The notes under the pieces were generated by a model that was given only the letters and a program-made list of their open reading frames with translations, was not told the DNA's origin and did no database searches. Of a stretch of DNA of 64,000 bases, positions 28,159 through 36,548 are shown in pieces; within the stretch, counting starts at the first letter, position 1; the number at the start of each line of letters is the position of its first letter. The stretch covers positions 9,168 through 73,167 of IMG/VR virus record IMGVR_UViG_3300045974_000100, one strand, 5' to 3'. This DNA is from a virus. The position numbers and the translations under genes were made by a program.

Positions 28159-30860
28159 GGTGGTGGGATGACCCGTCAACAGCGCGCACCGTCCTTGGTG
28201 TCGTGGACGATTCTGACGTCGGCCAAGGGGTGGGTACGGCCGTTCTCGGCTATCACGCTCTCGCTATGGGTGCTCTCAAACCTTTGGCTGCGGCTACTCT
28301 CGTCGACTCGGGCCAGGTTCGTAACGCTCTCGCCCATGTGGATCTAGAGCCGGTCAAAGAGGCCATGGCGATGGCACTGTCGCATGCTGTGGATGATCCG
28401 GAGTTGATCGCTGAACGGTTCGTCAACGGCATGCACGAGTCGTCGTCTGCTCTCACGACGCGCCTGGTCGACGTGTGGACGAACTCGAAGATGGCATGGC
28501 CGCAGGCAATCGAACGCGCCGCTGAGGTTCACGGTGTCCCTCCGGAGTTCCTGGGCACTTACCCGGTGGACGCGAAGTTGCCGATGTTCCCGGAGTCTGT
28601 GCGCCGTGACAAGGCTGACCGTGTCCTCATGTCGTTCGCCGGCAGCTTGTCGAGCATTCCGGACGTGCCGGCTGTCTTGGCGAAGTCCTACCAGTTCGAA
28701 GAGGACCATCCGCGGGGTGAAGGTGGGAAGTTCCGCACTAAGGAGGAGCAGGAGAGGGACGCCCGTAAGGCCAAGCGGATCAAACGCATGAACCGGATGA
28801 ACGCGGTCACAGCGCAGGCTCAGCAGAAGCGCACCACGCAACGGGTGAAGGTGGAACGCGCCGAACAGGAGCAAGCCAACCAGGCCGAGCAGATGCGCCA
28901 GTTGATGGCGTTGCAGCCGACCCGTGCAGCGTTGCAAGAGGAACTGGGCATGGTGCCGCTCAAGCGCCAGTCCGGTCTGCAGGGGCGCCAATCTCAGCCG
29001 AAGGTGCAAGGTAAGGGCCAGGACGGCCCGTCACCGTACCCGGAGATCAGCGACGCCCTACTCAAGCGGTACCCCGGTGACTATCCCTCTGCGGCGATCG
29101 CTTCGGACAAGGTGTTCTTCCTCATTCCGAATGCTGTGTCGTCGATCATCGACAATGAGTTCAACGGCACACCGCTGTCGTGGTGGAACTTGGCTGAAGC
29201 GGCCGGTGCTGCCCCTCATGCGGTGCGGAAGTTCAACCCGATGTCGGAAAACGAGTTCAACACGTTCGTCCGGAACAAGCTGCTGAACAGCACCGAGTAC
29301 CAGGCTGCAGTGAACAAACTCATCTCTGTGGGTAGTTCGGGTGAGACGGGCCGTATTGGGAGCGCGGAGTACCAGGCGGCGTTGGACAACGTCTCGAGGG
29401 CCGCCCAGGTCGTCATCGACAACGCTCCGGAGTTCCGTGAGTACACGGTGGGGTGGACGCCTGGTGACGAGTTCCTCATCCATGACGCGAACATGTCATC
29501 ACCGGTGCCTGAGAAGTGGCTGCCGGCGGAGGGCGCCAAGTACACACCTCTTCCCACGGTGACTTCTGGCAGTGGTGTGAAGGCTGAGGTGTTCGTCGAT
29601 CTCCCTGGGTTGAAGGGAACGCCGCACAAGCAACGCCTCCAGGTGCATTTCCCGGCTACTCAGGAGTTCGGCGCTGGCCAAATGTACGGCGGTGGCATCA
29701 CCAGTGGGCCTCACGTAGCGGTGGAGTTCGGCAAGTCTGGTGAGTGGGAGGAACAGGAGCATCCTCGTGGGGATCGTGGCCTATTCACGGACAAGCCAGT
29801 GAGCCGCAGAGACGTCCGGGCGCGTCGGTTTATGGCGATCCAGCAGCAAACCAAGCAACGTCGGTCTCGTGATGTGCGTCAGGAAACTGTTCGCGCGCAG
29901 CAAGAGGCCCCAGCCGTCGCAGCGGAGCGCTCGAAGCTTGTGGATCTGTTCGGTGCACGGGAACAGCCCCTTGAGCGTCGTCAGTCCGGCCTTCAGGGCC
30001 GTCAACGTCGTGAGTCGCTGAGTGGGTTGCAGGCTCCGTTGCCTCGTCCGAAGGCCACTCCGCATGTGTTGGACGGCATGTTGGGCTTCTATACGCCTGA
30101 TTTCCTCCCCGACATCGCGTTCATTGACCCGAAAGGCGCCAAACCAGGTGACATCTGGGACAACGAGGCAGGCTTTGATGCCAACGAACCGGATGCGATC
30201 AACCCACACATGGAGCCGGTCGCGAACTTCAGCGACATCGGGGTGGATACCGGCAGTGGGGCATCAAAGTCGATCATCATCAAGGTCGACAAGGGGTCGT
30301 GGTTCTCCAACACAGTCCTGTCGAACGCTCACCGGGACCAGGCGCAGACACCTGAGCAGGCCAACACGTCAGGGAACGCCGCCTACAAGAAGATCTTGGA
30401 CTACATCCAGAACCGTCACGAGATGTTGTCGGCTGTGTTCGATGACCAGGAAGTCGCGCAGGGTGAAGCCGACCGGATGAACTTGTTCGACACGAAGGCC
30501 GGCCGTGACTCTTACGAATGGGTCGACGAGGACGGCACTGACGTCGGGTCTGAGCACTACCAGGTGATCCCGGCGCCGGTCGGTGGCAAGGAACGGTTCC
30601 GCATCGTCCCCGCTTACGCCGATGACCGTGAGGGCTCTGTTGTCCGCAACTCGCTGAACTTGCTCACTGGCACTCCGCAGGCGTGGAAAGAGTTCGCCCG
30701 GACGGGTCAGGCCCGCATCGAACGCGTCAACACGTCCCACAACACCTATGACTGGGATGCGAACGATCTGATGTACGGCGGGGACAAGATCCTTTCGACT
30801 GAAGTGAACACCGATGTGGCGTTGTTCCGCATCAGCCCTGTTACCGGTGAACGGCGTTGA
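28155..30860 (+). CDS. Large putative internal head protein with two duplicated leader modules
   Basis: LAK|SYQFEEDHPRGEGGKF and FGK|SGEWEEQEHPRGDRGLF, each followed by a basic helix, RQSGLQGRQ and an unrelated domain. Confidence 0.8.
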   Translation: MRWWDDPSTARTVLGVVDDSDVGQGVGTAVLGYHALAMGALKPLAAATLVDSGQVRNALAHVDLEPVKEAMAMALSHAVDDPELIAERFVNGMHESSSALTTRLVDVWTNSKMAWPQAIERAAEVHGVPPEFLGTYPVDAKLPMFPESVRRDKADRVLMSFAGSLSSIPDVPAVLAKSYQFEEDHPRGEGGKFRTKEEQERDARKAKRIKRMNRMNAVTAQAQQKRTTQRVKVERAEQEQANQAEQMRQLMALQPTRAALQEELGMVPLKRQSGLQGRQSQPKVQGKGQDGPSPYPEISDALLKRYPGDYPSAAIASDKVFFLIPNAVSSIIDNEFNGTPLSWWNLAEAAGAAPHAVRKFNPMSENEFNTFVRNKLLNSTEYQAAVNKLISVGSSGETGRIGSAEYQAALDNVSRAAQVVIDNAPEFREYTVGWTPGDEFLIHDANMSSPVPEKWLPAEGAKYTPLPTVTSGSGVKAEVFVDLPGLKGTPHKQRLQVHFPATQEFGAGQMYGGGITSGPHVAVEFGKSGEWEEQEHPRGDRGLFTDKPVSRRDVRARRFMAIQQQTKQRRSRDVRQETVRAQQEAPAVAAERSKLVDLFGAREQPLERRQSGLQGRQRRESLSGLQAPLPRPKATPHVLDGMLGFYTPDFLPDIAFIDPKGAKPGDIWDNEAGFDANEPDAINPHMEPVANFSDIGVDTGSGASKSIIIKVDKGSWFSNTVLSNAHRDQAQTPEQANTSGNAAYKKILDYIQNRHEMLSAVFDDQEVAQGEADRMNLFDTKAGRDSYEWVDEDGTDVGSEHYQVIPAPVGGKERFRIVPAYADDREGSVVRNSLNLLTGTPQAWKEFARTGQARIERVNTSHNTYDWDANDLMYGGDKILSTEVNTDVALFRISPVTGERR

Positions 30861-30893
30861 AATGCGCCATGATGAAGCGATTAGGAGGTTGTC

Positions 30894-31661
30894 GTGGCTG
30901 ACTCAATGACGGTCGTCAAGTCCCTAAACGAGATTGACCCCGGTTTCCAGCGCCTGTGCAAGACGATGTTCGGCGACGGGGTCGACACGGAGCGTCTGTG
31001 GACGTACCTCTACGGGGTCGACGGCATCACCAAGATGGCTCCTCCGGACGCGCATGTGCTTTCTTCCGGCGCGAAGCAGGGCGGTAAGCGCATCTTGGCC
31101 GCGGTGAAGTCCCGTCCCGGCATTGCGCTGGAGTCGTCGTCTGCTGCTGTGCTCGCTGACCGGTCCATTGCTCGGCGTAAGCGCAAGCCACAGCCCAAGA
31201 TGTACTCGCCGTTCGACTACGACACGCCGACGTTCGTCGCTAAGGGTGTCATCACTGGCACTGACCCGGTCCGCCAGCAGGTTTTTGGCTGGGCGTCGAT
31301 CTCTGAGCACAACGGTGTCCTGATTGAGGACCGCCAGGGCGACATCATCATGGAGCCGGAACTGGAGAAGGCGGCCTACAAGTACGTGGTCGACTCGCGT
31401 GTGGGTGGCGACGAGCATCGCCGTGTCCCGGTGCAGAAGTTCGATGACGGCATGATTCCCCTTCACGCCTCTGACTTGATCGAGTCGATGGTGTTCACGA
31501 AGGAGAAGATCGCCAAGCTGCATCTTCCGGAGTCCACTCCGATCGGCTGGTGGGTGGGGTTCCAGGTCAACGACAACCAGGTGTGGGACGACGTCGTCAC
31601 CGGTAAGCGCACCGGTTTCAGCATCCATGGCAAGGGTCGCCGTATCCCGGTCGAGGCCTGA
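30894..31661 (+). CDS. Prohead (capsid maturation) serine protease, XkdF-like
   Basis: QVFGWAS, DRQGDII..ELEKAAY, GGDEH, ESMVFT, GWWVGF, W..V..G..TGFSIHG; AGGAGG RBS. Confidence 0.88.
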   Translation: MADSMTVVKSLNEIDPGFQRLCKTMFGDGVDTERLWTYLYGVDGITKMAPPDAHVLSSGAKQGGKRILAAVKSRPGIALESSSAAVLADRSIARRKRKPQPKMYSPFDYDTPTFVAKGVITGTDPVRQQVFGWASISEHNGVLIEDRQGDIIMEPELEKAAYKYVVDSRVGGDEHRRVPVQKFDDGMIPLHASDLIESMVFTKEKIAKLHLPESTPIGWWVGFQVNDNQVWDDVVTGKRTGFSIHGKGRRIPVEA

Positions 31662-31662
31662 C

Positions 31663-31887
31663 GTGGAGTTCGGGTGGGCCTTGGAGGTCCTCAAAGAGGG
31701 TGGTCGTGTTGCCCGTGTGGGGTGGAACGGCCCGAATCAGTGGATCGCCATGCAGCACCCGGACGAGCATTCGAAGATGACGTTGCGCTACATCTACATC
31801 CACACGGTTCAGGGTGACCTTGTTCCGTGGCTGGCTAGTCAGACTGATTTGATCGCTGAGGACTGGGTGGAGGTGCCTGATGAGTGA
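31663..31887 (+). CDS. tad2: DUF2829 / Thoeris anti-defence Tad2-like sponge protein
   Basis: FGWALEVLKEGGRVARVGWNG...YIYIHT..G..VPWLASQTDLIAEDW matches the DUF2829/Tad2 signature; GAGG + GTG start. Confidence 0.85.
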   Translation: MEFGWALEVLKEGGRVARVGWNGPNQWIAMQHPDEHSKMTLRYIYIHTVQGDLVPWLASQTDLIAEDWVEVPDE

Positions 31888-32185
31888 ACGCCCCCAGGTG
31901 TCTGCACTGATCGGTAAGGCCTCCCGTTTCGTTCCGGCTGACGCCCAACCGTTGGGTCCGCTCGACTTCGGGCATCCCATCCCTCAGATCGGCCACCGTC
32001 CCATTGATCCTGTGTTGATGTCGTCTGCGGCTCGGATGATGGTCGACGCGGAGGCTGCAGCGTTTGGAAGACGCGTAAGCCGTAAGCGCCGTCGTGAACT
32101 GCAGGGCGCCTACACCGACTTCGCTGGTGGACGCCAGTGGCTATACGCCCCGTTGAACTCCGCGATCTCAGGGAACAACCGATGA
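31880..32185 (+). CDS. Small head-cluster protein with an N-terminal LIGK|A site
   Basis: GGAGG RBS; overlaps both neighbours. Confidence 0.65.
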   Translation: MSERPQVSALIGKASRFVPADAQPLGPLDFGHPIPQIGHRPIDPVLMSSAARMMVDAEAAAFGRRVSRKRRRELQGAYTDFAGGRQWLYAPLNSAISGNNR

Positions 32186-34488
32186 GCAGCCCAGTCCGGC
32201 AGTACAAGCAGCCCTCGAAGGCTGAGACCGCTGTCGGCATTGGTCTGAACACTGTCGCGTTGGCTGGTGGTGTGTCGGGGTTGTCCCAGGCCACGGACCA
32301 TTTCCGTCGTCGCGTGTTCAACATCCCGATCGATGCCCGCTCCACTGAGGAGAAGGCCGCTGCACGCCTGGCGAAGGTGCCGTCGAAGCCGTTGAAGGCC
32401 GCTGTAAGACCGATTTTGGAGCATCCTCGTGGTGCTGCGATTGGTCTTGCTGGTGGTGCGATGGGGTTGCATGCCACTGAATTGGTGGGAGATGTGTTGG
32501 CGCGGCGGTCGTTCCGTCGTCAGCAGCAGGCCAACAAGGACAGTGTGGGTAAGGCGTTGACGCCGTTTGCCTCGGTGGCGCCGAAGGACAAGCACATCTT
32601 CCCGACGAAGCCGAAGAAGGTGGGTGTGCAGGGCGCTGGTCTTGCCTCCAAGCCCACGTCGGTGGCGTCGAATCCTCAGAGTCAGAACGGTCAAGTGTTG
32701 AAGGGGTTTGTGATGAGCGACTTGGGTAACGAGACCCCGTTCGGCTCCCGTTCGTTGGCTGCCGAGGACGTCTCCAAGGGCATGTTGGGTGTCGCACTTG
32801 CGGGTGCGAAGTCGTTGCGTGGCGGTGCGAACATCATCGGCCGGCAGCTGCGGTCTGAGGGTGGCGCCAAGACGGTGGGCAACCAGTTGGCCCAGGGTTT
32901 CCGCGGCCGTACGGCAGGAATGTCGCGTAACGCGGAGATGGGCGAGAAGTTGGGTCAGCGGGTGCAGGGTGTGAATCCTCGTTCGCCGTTCCCGACGCAT
33001 GCTGGTCCGACGTCTCCGATGCGTTCTCCGATCATGCCGGCGTTCCGGATCGGCTACCGCGCTCCTGAGATCGCTGGGGCTGCAGGTCTTGGTTTGGGTG
33101 CTGGTGCGTTGGGTGAGGCACACGGCCGTCATGTGTCTAAAGCTGCCATGGGACCTCGTACCGCTGCTCGAGCGCAGGAACTGGCTGGCAAACTCGCTGG
33201 CCGTCGCGCTTTCACGCCGAAGGAAAAGACTGTTCTCGCGGGCAAACAGCATCGCGCTCAGGGACTGGTTGAGCGTTCCCATGAAACGGCTGAGCAGTCC
33301 GCTGACTGGCGCAAGTTCGGCGGGGAACAGGACCGTGAGGACCGCGGGTTCAACAAGGCTCGCAACTTCGTTGAGCGGTTCGACTGGGATCAGAAGACTG
33401 GGGCGCGTCGCAAGGCCATTCCGGGCTACAAGACTTCGCCTCCTCGTCAGCGCGCACTGACTGGCGACAACAAGACTTACCTGGGCATGCCGAATAACCC
33501 TGGTACGGGTACCCGCCAGGGTTTGGGCGCTGGTCGTGGTGGCGAAACGGTCGACTACGAGTACACGGGCAATCGTCGCGTGCGGAAGTCCACTGACCGT
33601 GACCGTCGCGCTGGCAAGGGCTTCCAACAGTTGGGTGCCGCTGAATTGGCCGCTGCCCCGGTTGCTGGTGGCGCTGGTGCTGTCGGTTTGCACTCCATGA
33701 AGCGCAACATCGGTCAGCAGAAGCACTGGGAAGAGGCTTCCACTCACATGAACGGTGAGGCGAAGATCAACGCCCTGGTGAACTCGTCCAAGCATGAACT
33801 CAAGGCCTACAAGATGGCCCAGTTGGGTGGTCGTGGGACAGCGATCGGTGCTGGTTTGGCTGCGTTCGGCGCCACTGACCTGGCGATCGGCCACCACTTG
33901 AAGAACCGCGGCCGCAAGCCTGTCGCCAAGGGTATGAAGCCCATCCGCAACGTGGGAGCGCCATTCCTTCGCCGTTATGCCGGACGCAACAACCCGGTGA
34001 AGGTCACGGAGATCATGGCGCGTTCCAAGGGCAACCTGGCTCTTCGCGCGCATGACGCCACTCACGGCCTCAATCCGTCTGGTGACGCGCTTCAGCGGTC
34101 CAACCCGTTCCTTCCTGGCGCTACGCATCAGCGAGGGAAGTTGGTCATGGACATGAACGGAGCCGCCGGTCGTAACGCTGACCGTGCTGTGTCCAAGGCT
34201 GAACGCCGTTTCGACGCCGAGTCTGACCGTCAACGCCGCGTCGGTATCTCCGCTGGCGCTGGTGTCGCAGGTGGCGCAGGTCTGGGTTACGCAGCCCACC
34301 ACCACTTGAAGGGTTCCGGCGCCATCAACTACGACAAGGGCCGGCTGTTGCTCAACGGTCGTAAAGCTGCCGGTACGCATCGTGGCCGCATCGGTTTGGG
34401 CCTCGCAGCCGGTTCAGCGATCGCCAGTTCTGCCGGTATCGGTGCCTACTCGTATGGCACGTCTGAGCGGAACCGCCGATGGAACTGA
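32182..34488 (+). CDS. Basic multi-module putative head-cargo polyprotein
   Basis: ATGA-coupled; VGK|A, VLK|G, VSK|G, VSK|A, VRK|S, VAK|G and VSK|A delimit about eight segments, several with glycine-zipper helices. Confidence 0.75.
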   Translation: MSSPVRQYKQPSKAETAVGIGLNTVALAGGVSGLSQATDHFRRRVFNIPIDARSTEEKAAARLAKVPSKPLKAAVRPILEHPRGAAIGLAGGAMGLHATELVGDVLARRSFRRQQQANKDSVGKALTPFASVAPKDKHIFPTKPKKVGVQGAGLASKPTSVASNPQSQNGQVLKGFVMSDLGNETPFGSRSLAAEDVSKGMLGVALAGAKSLRGGANIIGRQLRSEGGAKTVGNQLAQGFRGRTAGMSRNAEMGEKLGQRVQGVNPRSPFPTHAGPTSPMRSPIMPAFRIGYRAPEIAGAAGLGLGAGALGEAHGRHVSKAAMGPRTAARAQELAGKLAGRRAFTPKEKTVLAGKQHRAQGLVERSHETAEQSADWRKFGGEQDREDRGFNKARNFVERFDWDQKTGARRKAIPGYKTSPPRQRALTGDNKTYLGMPNNPGTGTRQGLGAGRGGETVDYEYTGNRRVRKSTDRDRRAGKGFQQLGAAELAAAPVAGGAGAVGLHSMKRNIGQQKHWEEASTHMNGEAKINALVNSSKHELKAYKMAQLGGRGTAIGAGLAAFGATDLAIGHHLKNRGRKPVAKGMKPIRNVGAPFLRRYAGRNNPVKVTEIMARSKGNLALRAHDATHGLNPSGDALQRSNPFLPGATHQRGKLVMDMNGAAGRNADRAVSKAERRFDAESDRQRRVGISAGAGVAGGAGLGYAAHHHLKGSGAINYDKGRLLLNGRKAAGTHRGRIGLGLAAGSAIASSAGIGAYSYGTSERNRRWN

Positions 34489-34988
34489 GGCTTGCTTCTA
34501 CGGGCGTGGCCAAGGGTCTTCCTGTGGCGCTGCGTAGCGTCAGCGAGAGCACTCTGTACGGTGAACAACGTCGCCTGGCGCATCGCAGTGGTCGGGTGGC
34601 TGCTCGCGGTGTGGCGTTGGCGCGTGAGAACTACCGCAAGTCCCCTGACATGGCGGCGCTGCTGCATCAGGCAAGTAAGAAGGCGGGACAAGCTGGTGTC
34701 CAGGCGCGGCGAGATGCGCGGTCTCTGGTCGGCAAGGCTGATGTCCCTGACGAGCCGGAACGTCGGCCGTTCTCAATACCTAACCCGAAGAAGAAGCCGA
34801 ACGGTTCTGTGGCATCGATTGAGCAGGCTGTGAAGCGCTCGGGTAAAGGACGCCGTGTGGCGTTAATCGCGATTCCCGTTGGGGTTGGTGCTGCCGGTGC
34901 TGGCGCCTTTGGTTTACATGCTGCGACACGCAGTCGAACCAAAGTTGCTAGTGGGGCGCGTAACTCCTCAAGTTCGGTCAGGATGTGA
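34479..34988 (+). CDS. Basic two-module putative head-cargo protein
   Basis: VAK|G and VGK|A; C-terminal VALIAIPVGVGAAGAGAFGL + basic tail. Confidence 0.65.
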   Translation: MELRLASTGVAKGLPVALRSVSESTLYGEQRRLAHRSGRVAARGVALARENYRKSPDMAALLHQASKKAGQAGVQARRDARSLVGKADVPDEPERRPFSIPNPKKKPNGSVASIEQAVKRSGKGRRVALIAIPVGVGAAGAGAFGLHAATRSRTKVASGARNSSSSVRM

Positions 34989-36109
34989 CTGTTATGAGTA
35001 CACGGCAGCGTTACGCACTGGTCGACATGGATCTCGATGAGGTGTCCACGGTCGGCATCCCAGCTAACCAGTTGGGGATGATTGTCTTGGCCAAAAGTGC
35101 CGGCAGCGGCCAAGACCTGATTTCCGAGGAGGGTTCCATGCCGGGTCAAGAGTTGTATGACGCTGAAGGCAGGGTCGTTGACCCGGAGGCGCTGGAAGTT
35201 GGCGACTACGTGTATGACGGTCCAGATGATGAAGCCGAAGAGTTCCAGGTTGTTCCTGTGGACGAAGACGGTTACATCCTCGAAGACGAACTCGAGCTTG
35301 TCGGCAAGGCTGGCGAACTTGAGATGGGTGGACGCGCTGCACGGTATGGCGCGAAGGCCTCGAAGGCTCGCCGTGCGTTGCAGGCTCAGGGTGATCGTGC
35401 CCGTGCCGGCGCTGGCCGCGCCAAGAACTACATGGTCGAGCACCGCCCCACTGCAAGTCCTGGTGAGGCTGGCGAGAAGTGGCACACAGGTGGCCGTGAA
35501 GGTTACCGCCTGACTTCCGAGGGCAAGCGAGTCGCTGGCTATGCCGGTGCGGGCGCTGGTGCTCTCGGTGCTGCTGGTGGTGGCGGTTACGCTGCTGGCC
35601 GTCGTGGCCATGTGGGCAAGTCGTTCGCCCAGTCGATCCTCGACGATGTGTCCAAGGCCGTCACCACTGACGACCAGATCAGCATCGTTGCCAAGGCGCT
35701 GCAGCAGTCCGAGAACGAGCGCGAGTTGCTCATTCGGAAGTCTGCGCAGCTCGAGGCTCGCCTGAACGAAGCCGAAGACGCTGCGACGTTGAACTGGGCG
35801 ATCTCCAAGGCTGCCGAGTACAACTTGCCGATCGACGCCGACGAGTTCGGTCCGATCCTCAAGCGCCTGGTCGAGAACATGCCTGAGCGCGACATGTACG
35901 TGCTCGACGAACTGTTCAAGTCCATCGGTGCCACATTCTTCGAGGAACTGGGTTACAACGGCGGTTCACCGGAGTCGTCTTACGACTACGTGGCCGCCGC
36001 CGCTCAGGAACTCGTCGCCAAGACAGGTGCTTCGGACGCGCAGGCCATCACGGCCATGTACAACGCGAACCCGGACGCCTACGACGCCTACCTCGCGGAA
36101 GGACGGTAA
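34985..36109 (+). CDS. Scaffolding protein (with protease-like N-terminal strand and an embedded basic module)
   Basis: Lies immediately before the decoration and capsid genes; LDEVSTVGIPAN N-terminus; helical C-terminus ending NPDAYDAYLAE; many xxK|S/A sites. Confidence 0.8.
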   Translation: MTVMSTRQRYALVDMDLDEVSTVGIPANQLGMIVLAKSAGSGQDLISEEGSMPGQELYDAEGRVVDPEALEVGDYVYDGPDDEAEEFQVVPVDEDGYILEDELELVGKAGELEMGGRAARYGAKASKARRALQAQGDRARAGAGRAKNYMVEHRPTASPGEAGEKWHTGGREGYRLTSEGKRVAGYAGAGAGALGAAGGGGYAAGRRGHVGKSFAQSILDDVSKAVTTDDQISIVAKALQQSENERELLIRKSAQLEARLNEAEDAATLNWAISKAAEYNLPIDADEFGPILKRLVENMPERDMYVLDELFKSIGATFFEELGYNGGSPESSYDYVAAAAQELVAKTGASDAQAITAMYNANPDAYDAYLAEGR

Positions 36110-36115
36110 CGGCTC

Positions 36116-36535
36116 ATGGCTTCCGACGAGCGCGTTGTCGCGTACACCCTCCAGGCTGACTCCAGCATCGGCATTTACACGGGTCCTCCCGGTATGCCGG
36201 GTTCGGCCAGCCCCAACAACGGCAAGGCGTACTGCTTTGTGAAGATCACTGGCACCCGCCAGGTGGGTTTGCAGAGCGTCGCTGGTGCTGCATCGATCGG
36301 CGTGCTGTACAGCAAGCCCCAGGCAACCGGTGATCCTGCTGCGGTAGCGGTCTCCGGCATCGTCAAGGTCCTGACAGACGCGACAGCAACGATCGTGGCC
36401 GGTTCGCCGATCACCTCGAATGCTGCCGGTCTTGCCAAGGTCGGTGTTCCGGGAACGGACGCCATCCAGGGCTATGCCTTGCAGGGGTCGACGACGACGA
36501 GCCAACTCATCTCCGTCCTCCTCCGTCAGCCGTAA
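36116..36535 (+). CDS. Capsid decoration/cement protein (DUF2190-like)
   Basis: SIGVLYSKP..G..AAVAVSGIVKV...I.AGSPITSNAAGLA...GYAL. Confidence 0.8.
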   Translation: MASDERVVAYTLQADSSIGIYTGPPGMPGSASPNNGKAYCFVKITGTRQVGLQSVAGAASIGVLYSKPQATGDPAAVAVSGIVKVLTDATATIVAGSPITSNAAGLAKVGVPGTDAIQGYALQGSTTTSQLISVLLRQP

Positions 36536-36548
36536 GGGGTAGCTGAAC

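Noticed and set aside
32110-34380. 756-aa minus-strand ORF
   Set aside because: Antisense shadow of the coupled plus-strand gene in a continuous late operon; expected in high-GC DNA; no motifs.
19493-34988. Classical bacteriocin/RiPP cluster
   Set aside because: Modules are Gly-rich and cationic, but there is no double-Gly leader, ABC transporter or modifying enzyme; context points to head assembly.
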